In this document: positions 10,104 through 21,800 of the stretch, piece after piece
Position numbering within the stretch: position 1 is the first letter of the stretch
Layout: the number at the start of each line of letters is the position of its first letter
Virus record (IMG/VR): IMGVR_UViG_3300030202_002165
Origin: an uncultured virus (IMG/VR IMGVR_UViG_3300030202_002165)
Taxonomy: Duplodnaviria; Heunggongvirae; Uroviricota; Caudoviricetes
DNA: 64,000 nt
Reading direction: 5' to 3' (one strand)
The notes under the pieces: model-generated
What the model was told of the DNA's origin: nothing
Seen by the model: the letters and a program-made list of their open reading frames with translations, nothing else
The model's database searches: none
Translations under genes and position numbers: made by a program

Positions 10104-11228
10104 ATGAATGTAACTCAAATGCATTTAGCAGTACAGCAAGGAGTGGATAAAATAAATTCACTCCAAGCTGACTTGCTGCTGTCTGAAGAAATAGATTTAG
10201 AACTGAATAAAGCTCAGGCTAAATTTATTAATTTAAAATATGGAATAAATAATAAGTATCAACTAGGGTTTGAAGGTAATCAAAAACGTATAGATGATTT
10301 ACGTGTTCTTGTATCTGAATATGAAGATATAGCTACTTACAAAGAGCAGTTAAAAAGTAAGATTTGGGTAGATAGTTTTAGATTACCTTTAGATTATATG
10401 TATTTAATTAATCAACTTACAAGAGTTTATACAGATCAATGTTTACCTATGTCGTGGGGTATATCTTATCCAGATGATGTATATTATTTTCGAGTTAGTA
10501 TGACAGATTTTGTTACTAATGAGCAAACTCAAATTATCGATCAATTATGGATGTTTGATGATCCTCAGAATGTTTCAGGACCTACTTCATATCAATTATG
10601 GGACAATACTAATTCGCACACTTTCCCAACAGGAGTAGCAGCCACACAAGCTGAAATATTAGCATCAGGAACAGCAGGAGCAATTATGAATTGGCAAACT
10701 ATAGGACATTTAACTTATCCTGATGAGATAATTATTATAATTGATCCGATGTTTTATCCAACATTAACTGCATCTTTAGGTACAGCAACAATTGTAGGGT
10801 TAGATAGTTTAGGGGCTACAGTATCTACTTACCCATTAAAAAAGACACAAACAGCATATTCAGAGAAGAGAGTTCCAACTAGTACAGCAACATTGACGTT
10901 GGAATCTAATTATTCAAAGTTTGTACAGCAGGATGATATAATGAATTTATTAGGAGATCCTTTTAATACTACAAAACATACTGCTCCTCTTTACACAGTA
11001 AGACAAGATCAAATTGATATTTACACTAGTGATATATTTATAATAGATAGTGTAAAATTAACATATTTAAGAAATCCTAGAGAAATTTCATTATCTTTGG
11101 GGATTAGTTGTGAACTACCCGACCATACTCATAGGGAGATTGTGGACATGACCGTGAGCAGTATTTTAGAATCTATTGCAGATCCAAGATATAAATCTCA
11201 TGAAGCCGAGGTAAATAAAAATGAATAA
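10104..11228 (+). CDS. Tail ring / head-tail connector protein
   Basis: N-terminal EEIDLELNKAQ...FEGNQKRIDDLRVLV and C-terminal LTYLRNP...CELPDHTHREIVDM, typical of crAss-like ring proteins. Confidence 0.7.
   Translation: MNVTQMHLAVQQGVDKINSLQADLLLSEEIDLELNKAQAKFINLKYGINNKYQLGFEGNQKRIDDLRVLVSEYEDIATYKEQLKSKIWVDSFRLPLDYMYLINQLTRVYTDQCLPMSWGISYPDDVYYFRVSMTDFVTNEQTQIIDQLWMFDDPQNVSGPTSYQLWDNTNSHTFPTGVAATQAEILASGTAGAIMNWQTIGHLTYPDEIIIIIDPMFYPTLTASLGTATIVGLDSLGATVSTYPLKKTQTAYSEKRVPTSTATLTLESNYSKFVQQDDIMNLLGDPFNTTKHTAPLYTVRQDQIDIYTSDIFIIDSVKLTYLRNPREISLSLGISCELPDHTHREIVDMTVSSILESIADPRYKSHEAEVNKNE
11025..11099 (+). promoter_or_regulatory. Putative late promoter P3 embedded in ring-protein CDS
   Basis: 19 nt exact copy of the P1 box (11025-11043 = 3569-3587) and TATCTTTG at 11092-11099, 64 bp spacing; about 150 bp upstream of the 11250 gene. 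Confidence 0.7.
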
Positions 11229-11249
11229 GTAATTTAAAAAAATAAGAAA

Positions 11250-12203
11250 ATGGCAAGACAACTTTTAGTCGGCACAGATGTATTGGCTGCAAACGCAGGA
11301 GGAATACAACTCCTTAAAAAGGACGCAGCTGGAGAACCAGTAGTATTAACAGCTACGGATGATCTAGGATCAGCTCCAGAAATAAAATTTTGTAGAACAA
11401 TAGTAAATGGTCAAACAGGTTCAAACATATGTTCACCTTGGATTCCTGGAAAGGATATTATGGGATGGTCAGGTGTTTCAGGAGTAGCACAAACAGCTCA
11501 ATCAGTAGCAATAACATGCATACTTCCAACAGCAGCAGGTAATACTGTTACTTTGAAAGTAATTGATAAATCAACTAACACAGAACCTTTTCCAAGAGAG
11601 AATATTGAATTCTTAACAGGAGGAACTGCAAATGCAACAGCAACAAATATGAATACTGCAGTAGCAGCTCATATTGCAGTAAATGGTTACAAAGGTATGA
11701 TAGCTACAACAGGTGTAGCTGGAGCTGTGGTAACAATTACAGGACATACATATGCAGGACCAACAGCAGCAGGATATAATTCACAAACAAATATCGAAAT
11801 AGCTTTTGATCCAGGTGTAGATGCAGCAGCAGCTGTAACTGTAGTGGATACTCCAGCAACTTCAACTTTAGGTGATTTATTTGTGTTAGCAGACTTTGAA
11901 AAGGACTTATCAGCAGAAGCTGTTGGTGATTACTACAGAGTACAACAACCTAATAATACAACTTATTATGTTAACAGTGCTTTAGGTAAACCTTACGATG
12001 TTTATACAATGACTTGGAGATCTGGTTACGGTAATGGTCAAATCAATAAAGTAGATAATATGCATTATTTACATATTGCAGTACCATCAGCGCCAGGAAC
12101 TTGGCTACAAACAGCAGGAGCAACAGCTCTTGAAGTTCAACTGAATGGAACAGGTGGATATTTATTCCATACTCCAGCAGGAACTAGTACTGTAGTACTT
12201 TAA
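11250..12203 (+). CDS. Structural protein, probable auxiliary capsid (decoration) protein
   Basis: A/T/G/V-rich beta protein in the syntenic slot of crAss-like auxiliary capsid genes; has its own promoter and terminator, implying high expression. Confidence 0.6.
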   Translation: MARQLLVGTDVLAANAGGIQLLKKDAAGEPVVLTATDDLGSAPEIKFCRTIVNGQTGSNICSPWIPGKDIMGWSGVSGVAQTAQSVAITCILPTAAGNTVTLKVIDKSTNTEPFPRENIEFLTGGTANATATNMNTAVAAHIAVNGYKGMIATTGVAGAVVTITGHTYAGPTAAGYNSQTNIEIAFDPGVDAAAAVTVVDTPATSTLGDLFVLADFEKDLSAEAVGDYYRVQQPNNTTYYVNSALGKPYDVYTMTWRSGYGNGQINKVDNMHYLHIAVPSAPGTWLQTAGATALEVQLNGTGGYLFHTPAGTSTVVL

Positions 12204-12216
12204 TATTAACTAACAT

Positions 12217-12260
12217 AAAGGGTTATAGAGAGCATTCATGTTTTCTATAGCCCTTTTTTT
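12217..12260 (+). terminator. Rho-independent terminator
   Basis: AAAGGGTTATAGAGAGCA-TTCA-TGTTTTCTATAGCCCTTT long stem with G:U pairs, ending in a T7 run. Confidence 0.85.
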
Positions 12261-12274
12261 AAACTAGCAATTTT

Positions 12275-12787
12275 ATGTCTTTACAAACAGATCTTATTTC
12301 AAATTGTAGTACTGTTACGGTTACAGTTACAGACACACTAAACGGAACTTCAACTAATGATCAGATTTCTATAGTAGATTATTCTGGGAGTTTTGCAACA
12401 GGTACAATGTCTGTTGTTGGATTACCAGCAGGAGGTTTTATAGATGTTATTGTAACTGTTCCTGGAAATGGAGTATTTACTATTGATTTTAGTCAAGATG
12501 ATGCAGGAGCAGGTTTAACTACAGTAGATACTACTGGACTAGTTGTAGCTTGTGACATAGATTGTTGTTTAGCTGCGCTTACTGAAGAGTTGATGGGATG
12601 TTCTTGTGACTGTCCAAAATGTTCAACAACTTTAGCAAAAGCTCAGAAAATATTCTTACTTTTGAATTCCGCAATTGCAGACGCAGGTTTATATGATTTA
12701 TCAAATACAGGTTATATTTTAGCTGCGTATAATAAATACTTAAAAGCAAAAGAAATGTGTGATGGTAGTTGCGGATGTGATTGTTAA
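12275..12787 (+). CDS. Structural protein with Cys-rich C-terminal domain (tail-hub-like by position)
   Basis: Ig-like N-half, then IDCCLAAL...GCSCDCPKC...MCDGSCGCDC; position after auxiliary capsid gene. Confidence 0.5.
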   Translation: MSLQTDLISNCSTVTVTVTDTLNGTSTNDQISIVDYSGSFATGTMSVVGLPAGGFIDVIVTVPGNGVFTIDFSQDDAGAGLTTVDTTGLVVACDIDCCLAALTEELMGCSCDCPKCSTTLAKAQKIFLLLNSAIADAGLYDLSNTGYILAAYNKYLKAKEMCDGSCGCDC

Positions 12788-12800
12788 AATATCTTAACCT

Positions 12801-15800
12801 ATGGCTACTTGTCCTACATGTTCTAGTGTATCCTTTGCTTCTGTTACAGCTACGCAATGTAGTTCAACGTGGTCAATAACACTAAATTCATGTAATCCGT
12901 TTTTACGAGTAACAACTTTTATAGAATATGAGCAAACAGGTTGGGGTCTTCAGCCTAATTGGTGGGAAAATGTAGAATTAAAATACGATCCTAGTACTCA
13001 CCATTATCTTTCTGATACTCTTCAAGGTTATTACCATCAAGAAGTTTCTGGTCTTGGTTTAGACGATAAAACTAGTTATACTGCAGGGTCATTACTTTTA
13101 GCTCATCAGTGTAGCTCAATTTCGTATTTTCAAAAAAATGGATCTGGAAATTATAGAATTAAGGTTGTTACAGATTATACAGATGGTACTGTTTGTACAC
13201 AATATTCAAATACTTTAGCGATTACAATTGGGGGAGCCTCTCCAAATCCTGTAGATTTAACATTAAATGAATCTTGTGGATGTACTACTAGTGATGCTAC
13301 TTTTGGCGCTGACGCTAAATTAGCATATAATTATTATGATGGTACTCCTACTTGCGCAGCAGGATGTCGCTTTGAAAGTTGCCCTACTTTTTTAATAGAT
13401 TCAACAGGAGACGTTGTATATTCATTACCTACAGATATAATAGGACAAGCTGGTAGAACAGTAAAATTATTCGATGCATCTACTGTATTAGGAGTTCCTA
13501 CTTCTAAAGGGATTGCTGCAGAGAATAATCGTATGTATATTTCAGCAGGTATAGACTCAGGCACATGGCCTACTAGTCATGAGTATCTTGTAGAGTTATC
13601 TTATGACTGGCCTGGAACACCTTCTTTAGCTGGTGCAACTGCTACATCGTTTAAAATTGGAAAATTTGATTATACAGGACTAACTTGGACTTCAAATGCT
13701 CTTCTTGGAGGTACTCCAACAACTGGTATGAGGCAACGATATATAGAAGCTCCTAATGCTATAGGTAATTATTCAATAGGATTTACGAGTGGTAGAGTTC
13801 TTGCATTGATGCCAAAAACAGTTATGTATGAATTAAATGAGGGCTATCCAGGAGCGTATACATCAATAACATATGGAGGATTTTTTAATCCTGCAGTTCC
13901 CGCAAGTTATGAATATGGCTTAATTTGTGATTGTTCTTACAATAAAACAGGAGAACCTTACTTATTAGAAGGGTTGTGCTTGTTAAACTTACATCCAGCT
14001 AGCATGGCGGATCCAGACACAATTGGGGCAGCAGATATTAAACCTTTAATGATGTTTCCTGAAAAAGGTATTTATACAACAGCAGCACGTAACTATGGAC
14101 TTCAACATACAGGAGGATACGGAGCAAATATTGCAGATAACGCAAGTGGTATAAATGGGTCAATGATCAGTGACTATGGTTTTACTGCGGCTTATAACTA
14201 TTATACAAAAAGTTCAGGAGATGCAATATGTGGTTTTGCAAATGGTGGTATTTCTATATGGACAGCTATACAATCCCAAACCGCAATAGCTACAGGTGTC
14301 AGTTCTTCACCGTGTAGTGGAAAAGCAGATTGCCCTCCTTTTTATCACAGTTCAGATGCAACTGCTCCTAACGCTACGACTGCATATCCTAAATTTTTAG
14401 AAAGATTTGAGTATGCAACAGGTGATGCAAATTCTGTACACAGATACCCAACTGTACATATTGAAAAAGCACAACGTTTAAGATTTGTAGATGGAACTTG
14501 CAATACTGTAGACGCAAATTCAATTTGTACCGATGGAGAGGGATGGTATCATATAGCTTCGAAAGAACTGCACCATGAGATATATGATTTATGGAGTACT
14601 ACTAATCTAATATCTCCAGTATTTAGATCTGCTTCAAAACAGCACTGGGCCCATGCTATAAAAGGATTAGGACTAGTTAGCAGATCTTCACATACAAGTT
14701 ATTTAGATATATATGAGCAATCATTTTTTATAACTTCGCATGAAATTCCGCATGCAGATAACCAGACGTGGATGTATTCGTTTGAGCCATTTACTGTAAA
14801 AGCACAATCTGCATTAATTCCTAGAAAAATAGATCATGCTTATACCGGCAGTCCTTTAGCATTATGGGAAGTTTATGATGCAACATCATGTATGGGAAGA
14901 ACTGGAGGAGCTCCGTGTGCAGATCCTCTAGCAATGAATTATGATCCAAATGCACTTCTTGGAAATTCGCCGTCTGGATATGAAGGACAATTAGTTGCTA
15001 CTTGTTTATATTGTGATTTAGCGTCAGGAAATGTTGAAGGCACGGCTCCAGGAGATGATGGACTTTCTGGTGATTTAGAAGAGTCTTTTAAACTTGTAGA
15101 TATATCTACTACTCCGGCAACATGGAGTAATTGGGGAGATGGAACTATTACGATGAGTGTAGACCTGATGCCGCTTTTTGCAGCGTCATTTCCAAATCCT
15201 GCTGTAAATTGGAGATATAAAGCAGAATTATATAGAGTTAATGGCCCAGGTCTTGGATGGCAAGATCCTATGTCGTATATAGTAGCAGGAGGTATACAAG
15301 ATCAGTTGACTACACCTACTGTAACTTTTGCATCATCTACTTATCCTGTCCCATTATTAGTACCAGAAGGTCATTATAGTATTAAATGGTCGATTAATGT
15401 AATAACAGCTGGAGTATATGAAATAGAAGAATGTTGGTGGGAATATCCAGCATCAGTGGCCTCTTCTAATCAAGAAGCTAATCCTCCTATTTTTGCTCTC
15501 CTAGAAGTTGTTCCAAGCTTATTTACTATGACTGTTAATGTGTATGATACTACAAGAGGCGTAGTACTTCCTAATCTGTATCCGGGAGCAGGCTTATATG
15601 CCCCTCCTTTTCAGCCCGGATCACTGTCTCACGCTTGTATGTATGAAGGATCATGTATAGACGCAGTTACAGGATCTATTGTTACAGAACCTAACTTTAA
15701 TACTCCAACACTTTGCAATAGCGCAGGACATACTTGGCTAGGGTATGATCCGATAGCAAATGTAGAAGATGTTACTTCCACACACTTTGGAACTGGCCGT

Positions 15801-18800
15801 AACTATGCTGACAATGCAGCGCCAATGTCTTTTACTCATCCTTATCCGGTACTTTCAACTCCAGTACCTAATGGCTATCTCCAGTCAGGATACACAATGA
15901 ATTATTGGACAACTGGTGCCGGAGTAGAAACGTCGCCTACGTGGTTTAATATAGATCAGGGTTCTATGTGGCCTTCAGAGAAAATAGCTATTAAAGTTAC
16001 TTGGCAGTCTGGGTGGACTAAAACATTTGAGGTAAATACTCCTATAATATATGGTTATACACATGACGCAATTCCTCAGATAATGGGACACCAGACCCAG
16101 GCAAGTGTTATGGCATGTACGGGCGAAATGTGGCCAACAAGTCAATACCAATACAATGAAATGCAAAGGACCCAATCCATGTATAATATATATGGAAATC
16201 CTAATCCAGGTCTATCTCCGCATAGTGCTGCATCGGTGACTTCTATATCACTGCATAATCCTGGTGGAGGTCCTAATTATACATCAACGCACCCTATAGC
16301 AAATGATATGTACAGGCAAACATTTTTGCACGTTGAAGAAATGCCTACTATTCCAGCTCCTACTTATCCTATTACGACAATGTATGACGGAATCGCTCCT
16401 AGTACTACTAACTCTAATGCAGGTTGGATGGTTGGAATTGGTACTCATGAAATGATATATCACAGTATGACAGGCTATCTCCAAGATAATGGAACAAATC
16501 TATTACATGCAGGAATGATTATAGGAGGTTTTACAGGAGAGATTCAATTACGATTTGGAGTAACAAATACACCAGTTACTTGGGCTGATGCAAATCCAGG
16601 GCTAATGTTTACACCTAATTATAATTCTTATGGAAGTGGAGGAACAGGAGATTATGATAATCTTATAAATATGCTCCAAGCAGGTACTGGAGTAGCAGGT
16701 GTAAATGATTATACTGTTCCCGCTGGTCCAGCTCCTGGCGTAGGAACAGCCGGAACTATTACTGAGGGAGGTGTTAGTGGTATGCAATTCGCTGATTCAG
16801 TAGTTTATGGAAAAGATTGTCCTGTATGTTTACCTCCTTCAGGTGATTTAGCTTGTAGATGGAGTTCTGGGAATTCAACAGGAGCTCCTTTTATAGGAGG
16901 AACTGGCCCAGCTGTTAATCAAATAACGGGAGCAACTATAAATTATAACGCTATTAATTATATATCTAATTCCCCATTTGCAACTAATAGATCTACTGAT
17001 GATGGTTCTTGTTTAACATGTCATTGGAGCACTGGGAAATTAATGACAGATGCTTGGGACCCAACCGATGATAGCCCAGCACAGTGGGAATTTTATAAGA
17101 CAAATCCTCCTCCAGTAGGAAATGTTGGCGGAGGTCCTGGACAAGTTGATTATCAAACAGGTACAATAGTTGAAGGAACAGGAAATATTTTAGAAAACAA
17201 TTTTCCAGGAATAAATTATAGCAGTGTTAATACTTCTTCTATAAATATTTCAGACACATTAACTGGAGGTTTTGCAGCCCTTAGTTCTGATCCTGGATTT
17301 TATAAAATGGAAACTCCAGCTTCTACTTATCTAGGACATGCAATGGATACTTTAGATTATGGAGCAATAAACATTCAAACACATCTTTATAGTCAATTTA
17401 TATTAGCAATTGCCGTAAGTAAGGGAACTACACCTATAGGTTCTGATCTTCAAATGAGATATGAATTATCTAAATGGGATGGATCTGCATGGGTACTATG
17501 TGAAGAAAGAGTTACTACTGATTATTTTAATGGGGTTCCTACAACAATGCAATTATTTACTTCTGGTACTAGTACTACAGGAACAAATCTTAGTTATGGG
17601 CAATACAGATTAAGAGTTAGAGCAGAATTACAATCCGAACCATATACTGGACAAGAAAAAATATCTCTTTGTTTTCAAGACTTATTTTTTAATTTAAGAG
17701 TACGAGTATGTCCTATTCATTTTAATACAACAGATGGTATAAATATTCCAGATCCAAATGATCGAATAGTAGATCCTTCGCTTAACTGTAGTTGCTGTGA
17801 GGCTACAATACCTACTTTAACACAAACAGGAGATTGTACAGTAGGGTTTACACAAAATATTGTAGCTAATTTTGACTGTACTCCAGATAATTTAGCTACT
17901 GCAGTAACAGCAGAATTATGGTTTACTCCTGCGGGAGGTCCTGGAGCAGGTGTTGCTGTATCGCTTGGGAATTTTCCTGCAATAACAGGTGCGCCAGTAA
18001 CTTCAGGAACTATGGCCTTTGGCTCTAATGTTTCAGGAAATGCAGCTATTTACGGAGGAGATTATTATATAGTCTCTACTTATACAACAACTTCGGGAAC
18101 GTGTGATCCTTTAACTAGTCCGTCTATAACTGTAACACCTTTACCTACATGTGATTGTCAAGATAGTAATGCTGTAAACTGGTTAGCAATAGTTCCTAAT
18201 GGAAATGCAGATTGTGTAGGTGTTATTGGAGGAACTAATTATGATTGCTGTTCATACCCAACAAGCTGTGATCCTCCTGTAGTAGCTGTTGCAAGTGATC
18301 CGTGTAATGTAACTGTAACTCTTACAAATACTTGTGACTTAACAACTCCTCCTGACGATACTCCAGCTGTAAGATTACAATTTTTTGATCTAAGTACTAG
18401 TGGTGGAGTATATGTGGCGGCTCAATCTATGATTGTACATAGTCATAATATTGCTCCTGGAAATGTTACACCAAGTCTTACATACACACTTACAAATGAT
18501 TGTAGTGTAAATCAACTTGCTGCGTTTTCAGGAACTGGTCCATATATAGTACGACAAGTACAACAGTGGATACCTAATTATACAATTGAATCGTTTTCAA
18601 ATACTTTTGACTTATATTCTGGAACTAATCCAACAGGTACAACAGATTATCCTGTTATATGCGGGTGTACAAATCCAGCTGCTGGAAACTATAACCCGAC
18701 AGCAGCTTGTGACGATGGTAGTTGTCTTATCTCTGGGTGTACTGATGGAGGCTCAACTGGCTATGACGCTACTATAGGATTATATGCTACTGGAGCTTTA

Positions 18801-21800
18801 GATGATGGTATCGATGCAAATAATTACGATCCTGCAGCTAACTTTGATGATGGAACGTGTACTTACAATCCTGAGCCTTATGCAGCGTATACAATGTCTA
18901 GGTGGATAAGACTAGATTGCGGTAATGGTTGGTGTAATCCAAGACTTGAACTTGGCTGGACTAATGCTGAGTATGATATGGTAGGTAACTTTATAGAATA
19001 TCCAGACACTATAACAATACTTTTTGGCTTTAGTACAGACGACGGTGCAACATGGACAGATAGTACTCTAGGAACAATGTGGGGAGTAATTCCTCAAAAT
19101 GGTACGCAAGGATGGGGAATAACGCCTACTATTCAGCCTATAGCAAATATATTTTGGTATTGGTTCCAAGAAGGATTAATTGCATCTGCAGATCCGTTTG
19201 ATTGTAGAATTAGATGGAACATTAAAGCAACATATCCTAATTATCCTGATGCTTATTCTGCAAATGCTGCACAAATATCTGGAAGCCCCTTCCAAGGAGG
19301 CTACAAAGAATTTCTTTATGTAAATCCACACACTGTTAATAGTCTTTTACCATTAACTGGATATTCGCAATTACATGTTCTTGATCAAAGTAATGGTACT
19401 CCAGGACAACAAACTTATTGTAATCCTAATACGCCTATGCAGTTATTTACAGATAATTCTAGCATGCAAATAGCACATGCTGGAGCGCCCGGAGAAAATG
19501 CAATAATCTTAGCAGCTCCTTGTGGATGTACTGATGACGGAAACGTAACTATAGGAACTGCATGGACAAATCCAACAACATCTCTTTATAATTCACCTTT
19601 TCCAGGAACACCTGCAACAAATGTAATGACTAACCCAGGATTAGGAATAGACAATGGTACATGTGAGTATCATGGATGTATGGATCCTAGTGGTGGTGCA
19701 CCTTATGATCCTAATTATACACACGATTGTACAACTATTTGTGGAACCCCAACTTGTTGTTGTGTATTTGCTGGATGTACAGATCCATGTGCTACAAATT
19801 ATGATCCTACAGCAACAGTAGATGATAGTTCGTGTATTTTACCAGATCCAGTAAGTAGCGGGTCTTGGTCAGCAGGAGCATGTAGTAGTTCTTATACAAT
19901 AATAGTCCAAGATTCTTCTGGTTCTAATGCAGCTTGGGGCTTTTTAGCCGCAGCCATGACAGTTACACATGATGGAACAGTTTTAGGAACATTTCCTGTT
20001 ACTACGACAATACCAAACTTTTTAACTGTACATCCACAAATGAGTTGCAGTACCGGTGTATATAACTTTTTTACACAGGGAGCTGGAACTTATGTATTTG
20101 ACTTTGTTATTACTTATCCGTCAGGATGTACAGATACTGTCTCACATACTGTTATAGTAGATAGTACTCATATACCTATCTGTGGGTGTGTAAATTGCCC
20201 AACTTGTAGTAACTATGACCCTTCAGCTACATGTGATGATGGTTCATGTGCAGGCTGTACTGATTTTACTGCGTGTAATTATAATCCAGGAGCGTCTATA
20301 GATGACGGATCTTGTTACTATTGTGGATGTACTGATCCTAGTGCTGCTAACTATAACGCTAATGCTACGGTAGATGATGGTTCGTGTTTATGGTGGCACA
20401 TTTGGCAAGCGTGTGGAACTTCAGATCAAACTGCGATTGGATCAGGTAATACTTCAGGGGCAGTATCATTAGCCCAAAATAATGCAGCATTATTAATAAT
20501 TAATCCGCTAGCAGTTCCAGGTCAAACATTTATTTATCCTTATTGGGATGGAACAGCTTGGGACACAACTCAATGTTGGGAATATATTGGACAATCTAAT
20601 ACAGCTGCGTTTTATAATGCACCTAACAGTGTTGGGCCTGTCCCATCACAATGGATTGTTACAGCTCCTGCTGTAACATATGCAGATTGTACAGCATGTA
20701 TGCCAGTACCCGGATGTACAGATCCGTTAGCTACTAATTATAATGCGTCTGCTACAGTAGACGATGGATCTTGTGTTTACCCATGTTGTGATGCACCAAC
20801 ATTAGCACAAGCAGCTGGACACTTAGATAGTTGTGATGCAGAATATGTAATGAATATTAATTGTAATAGTCCAGCTACTGATAATGCAGATACTATTGTT
20901 ACAACTTTAGAATTTGATGATTCTGGAACTTGGCAAATAGCTAATACTAGTACACATAATCCGGGAGGAACAGACAATATAGCTTCACATACTTTAACAT
21001 ATCACTATAACTGTTCTGCTGATGACTTTGGAGGCTATGGAACAGGAACATATAGAATTAAATCTGTTATTACTTATTCAAGTGGTCATACGTGTACACA
21101 ATATTCTACGTTAGAATCTATTACTTTAGATGCAGGTGGATGTACAGACCCAACCGCAACAAACTACGATCCAAATGCAGTGTGTCAATGTGTAACTTGT
21201 TTATTTAGTCATTGTTGTGATACTCCAGTATTAACTTTAGATTTATCAAATGGTATCTGTGATCAATCTTTAGAGTGCGCTGTTACATGTAATCCAGCAG
21301 CCGATGATGGGTATACAGCTTTATGGCAAAGATGGAGCTCTGGATCATGGACTACAATACAAACAGATACAAGTAGCGCAGCAACGGGAGGAGTTACATT
21401 AACGTTACCTAATGCTTTATTACATACAGCTAGTGGAACTTCAGAAAATTATAGAGTTGTATTTACAAGTGATTATACTGCACCTACTCCTGATTGTCAA
21501 GTTATATCTAATGTATTAACAGTAGTAGCTCCGATATTAGGTTGTATGGACGGAGGCTCTACTGAGTATAATGTTACTACAGGATTTCCAGGGGATGGAA
21601 TTACTGACGGATTAACAGCATCTAATTATGATGCAACAGCTCAATGTCCTGGAGTAACTTGTTGTATAGACGGGTGTACAGACCCATTGGCTACTAATTA
21701 TAATTGGAATACAGCAAATTCTGTAGATGTTACTACATTAGGACATGCAGCAGCTACTTGCGATGATGGAGGATGTACATACGCGTGTTGTTCAAATCCT

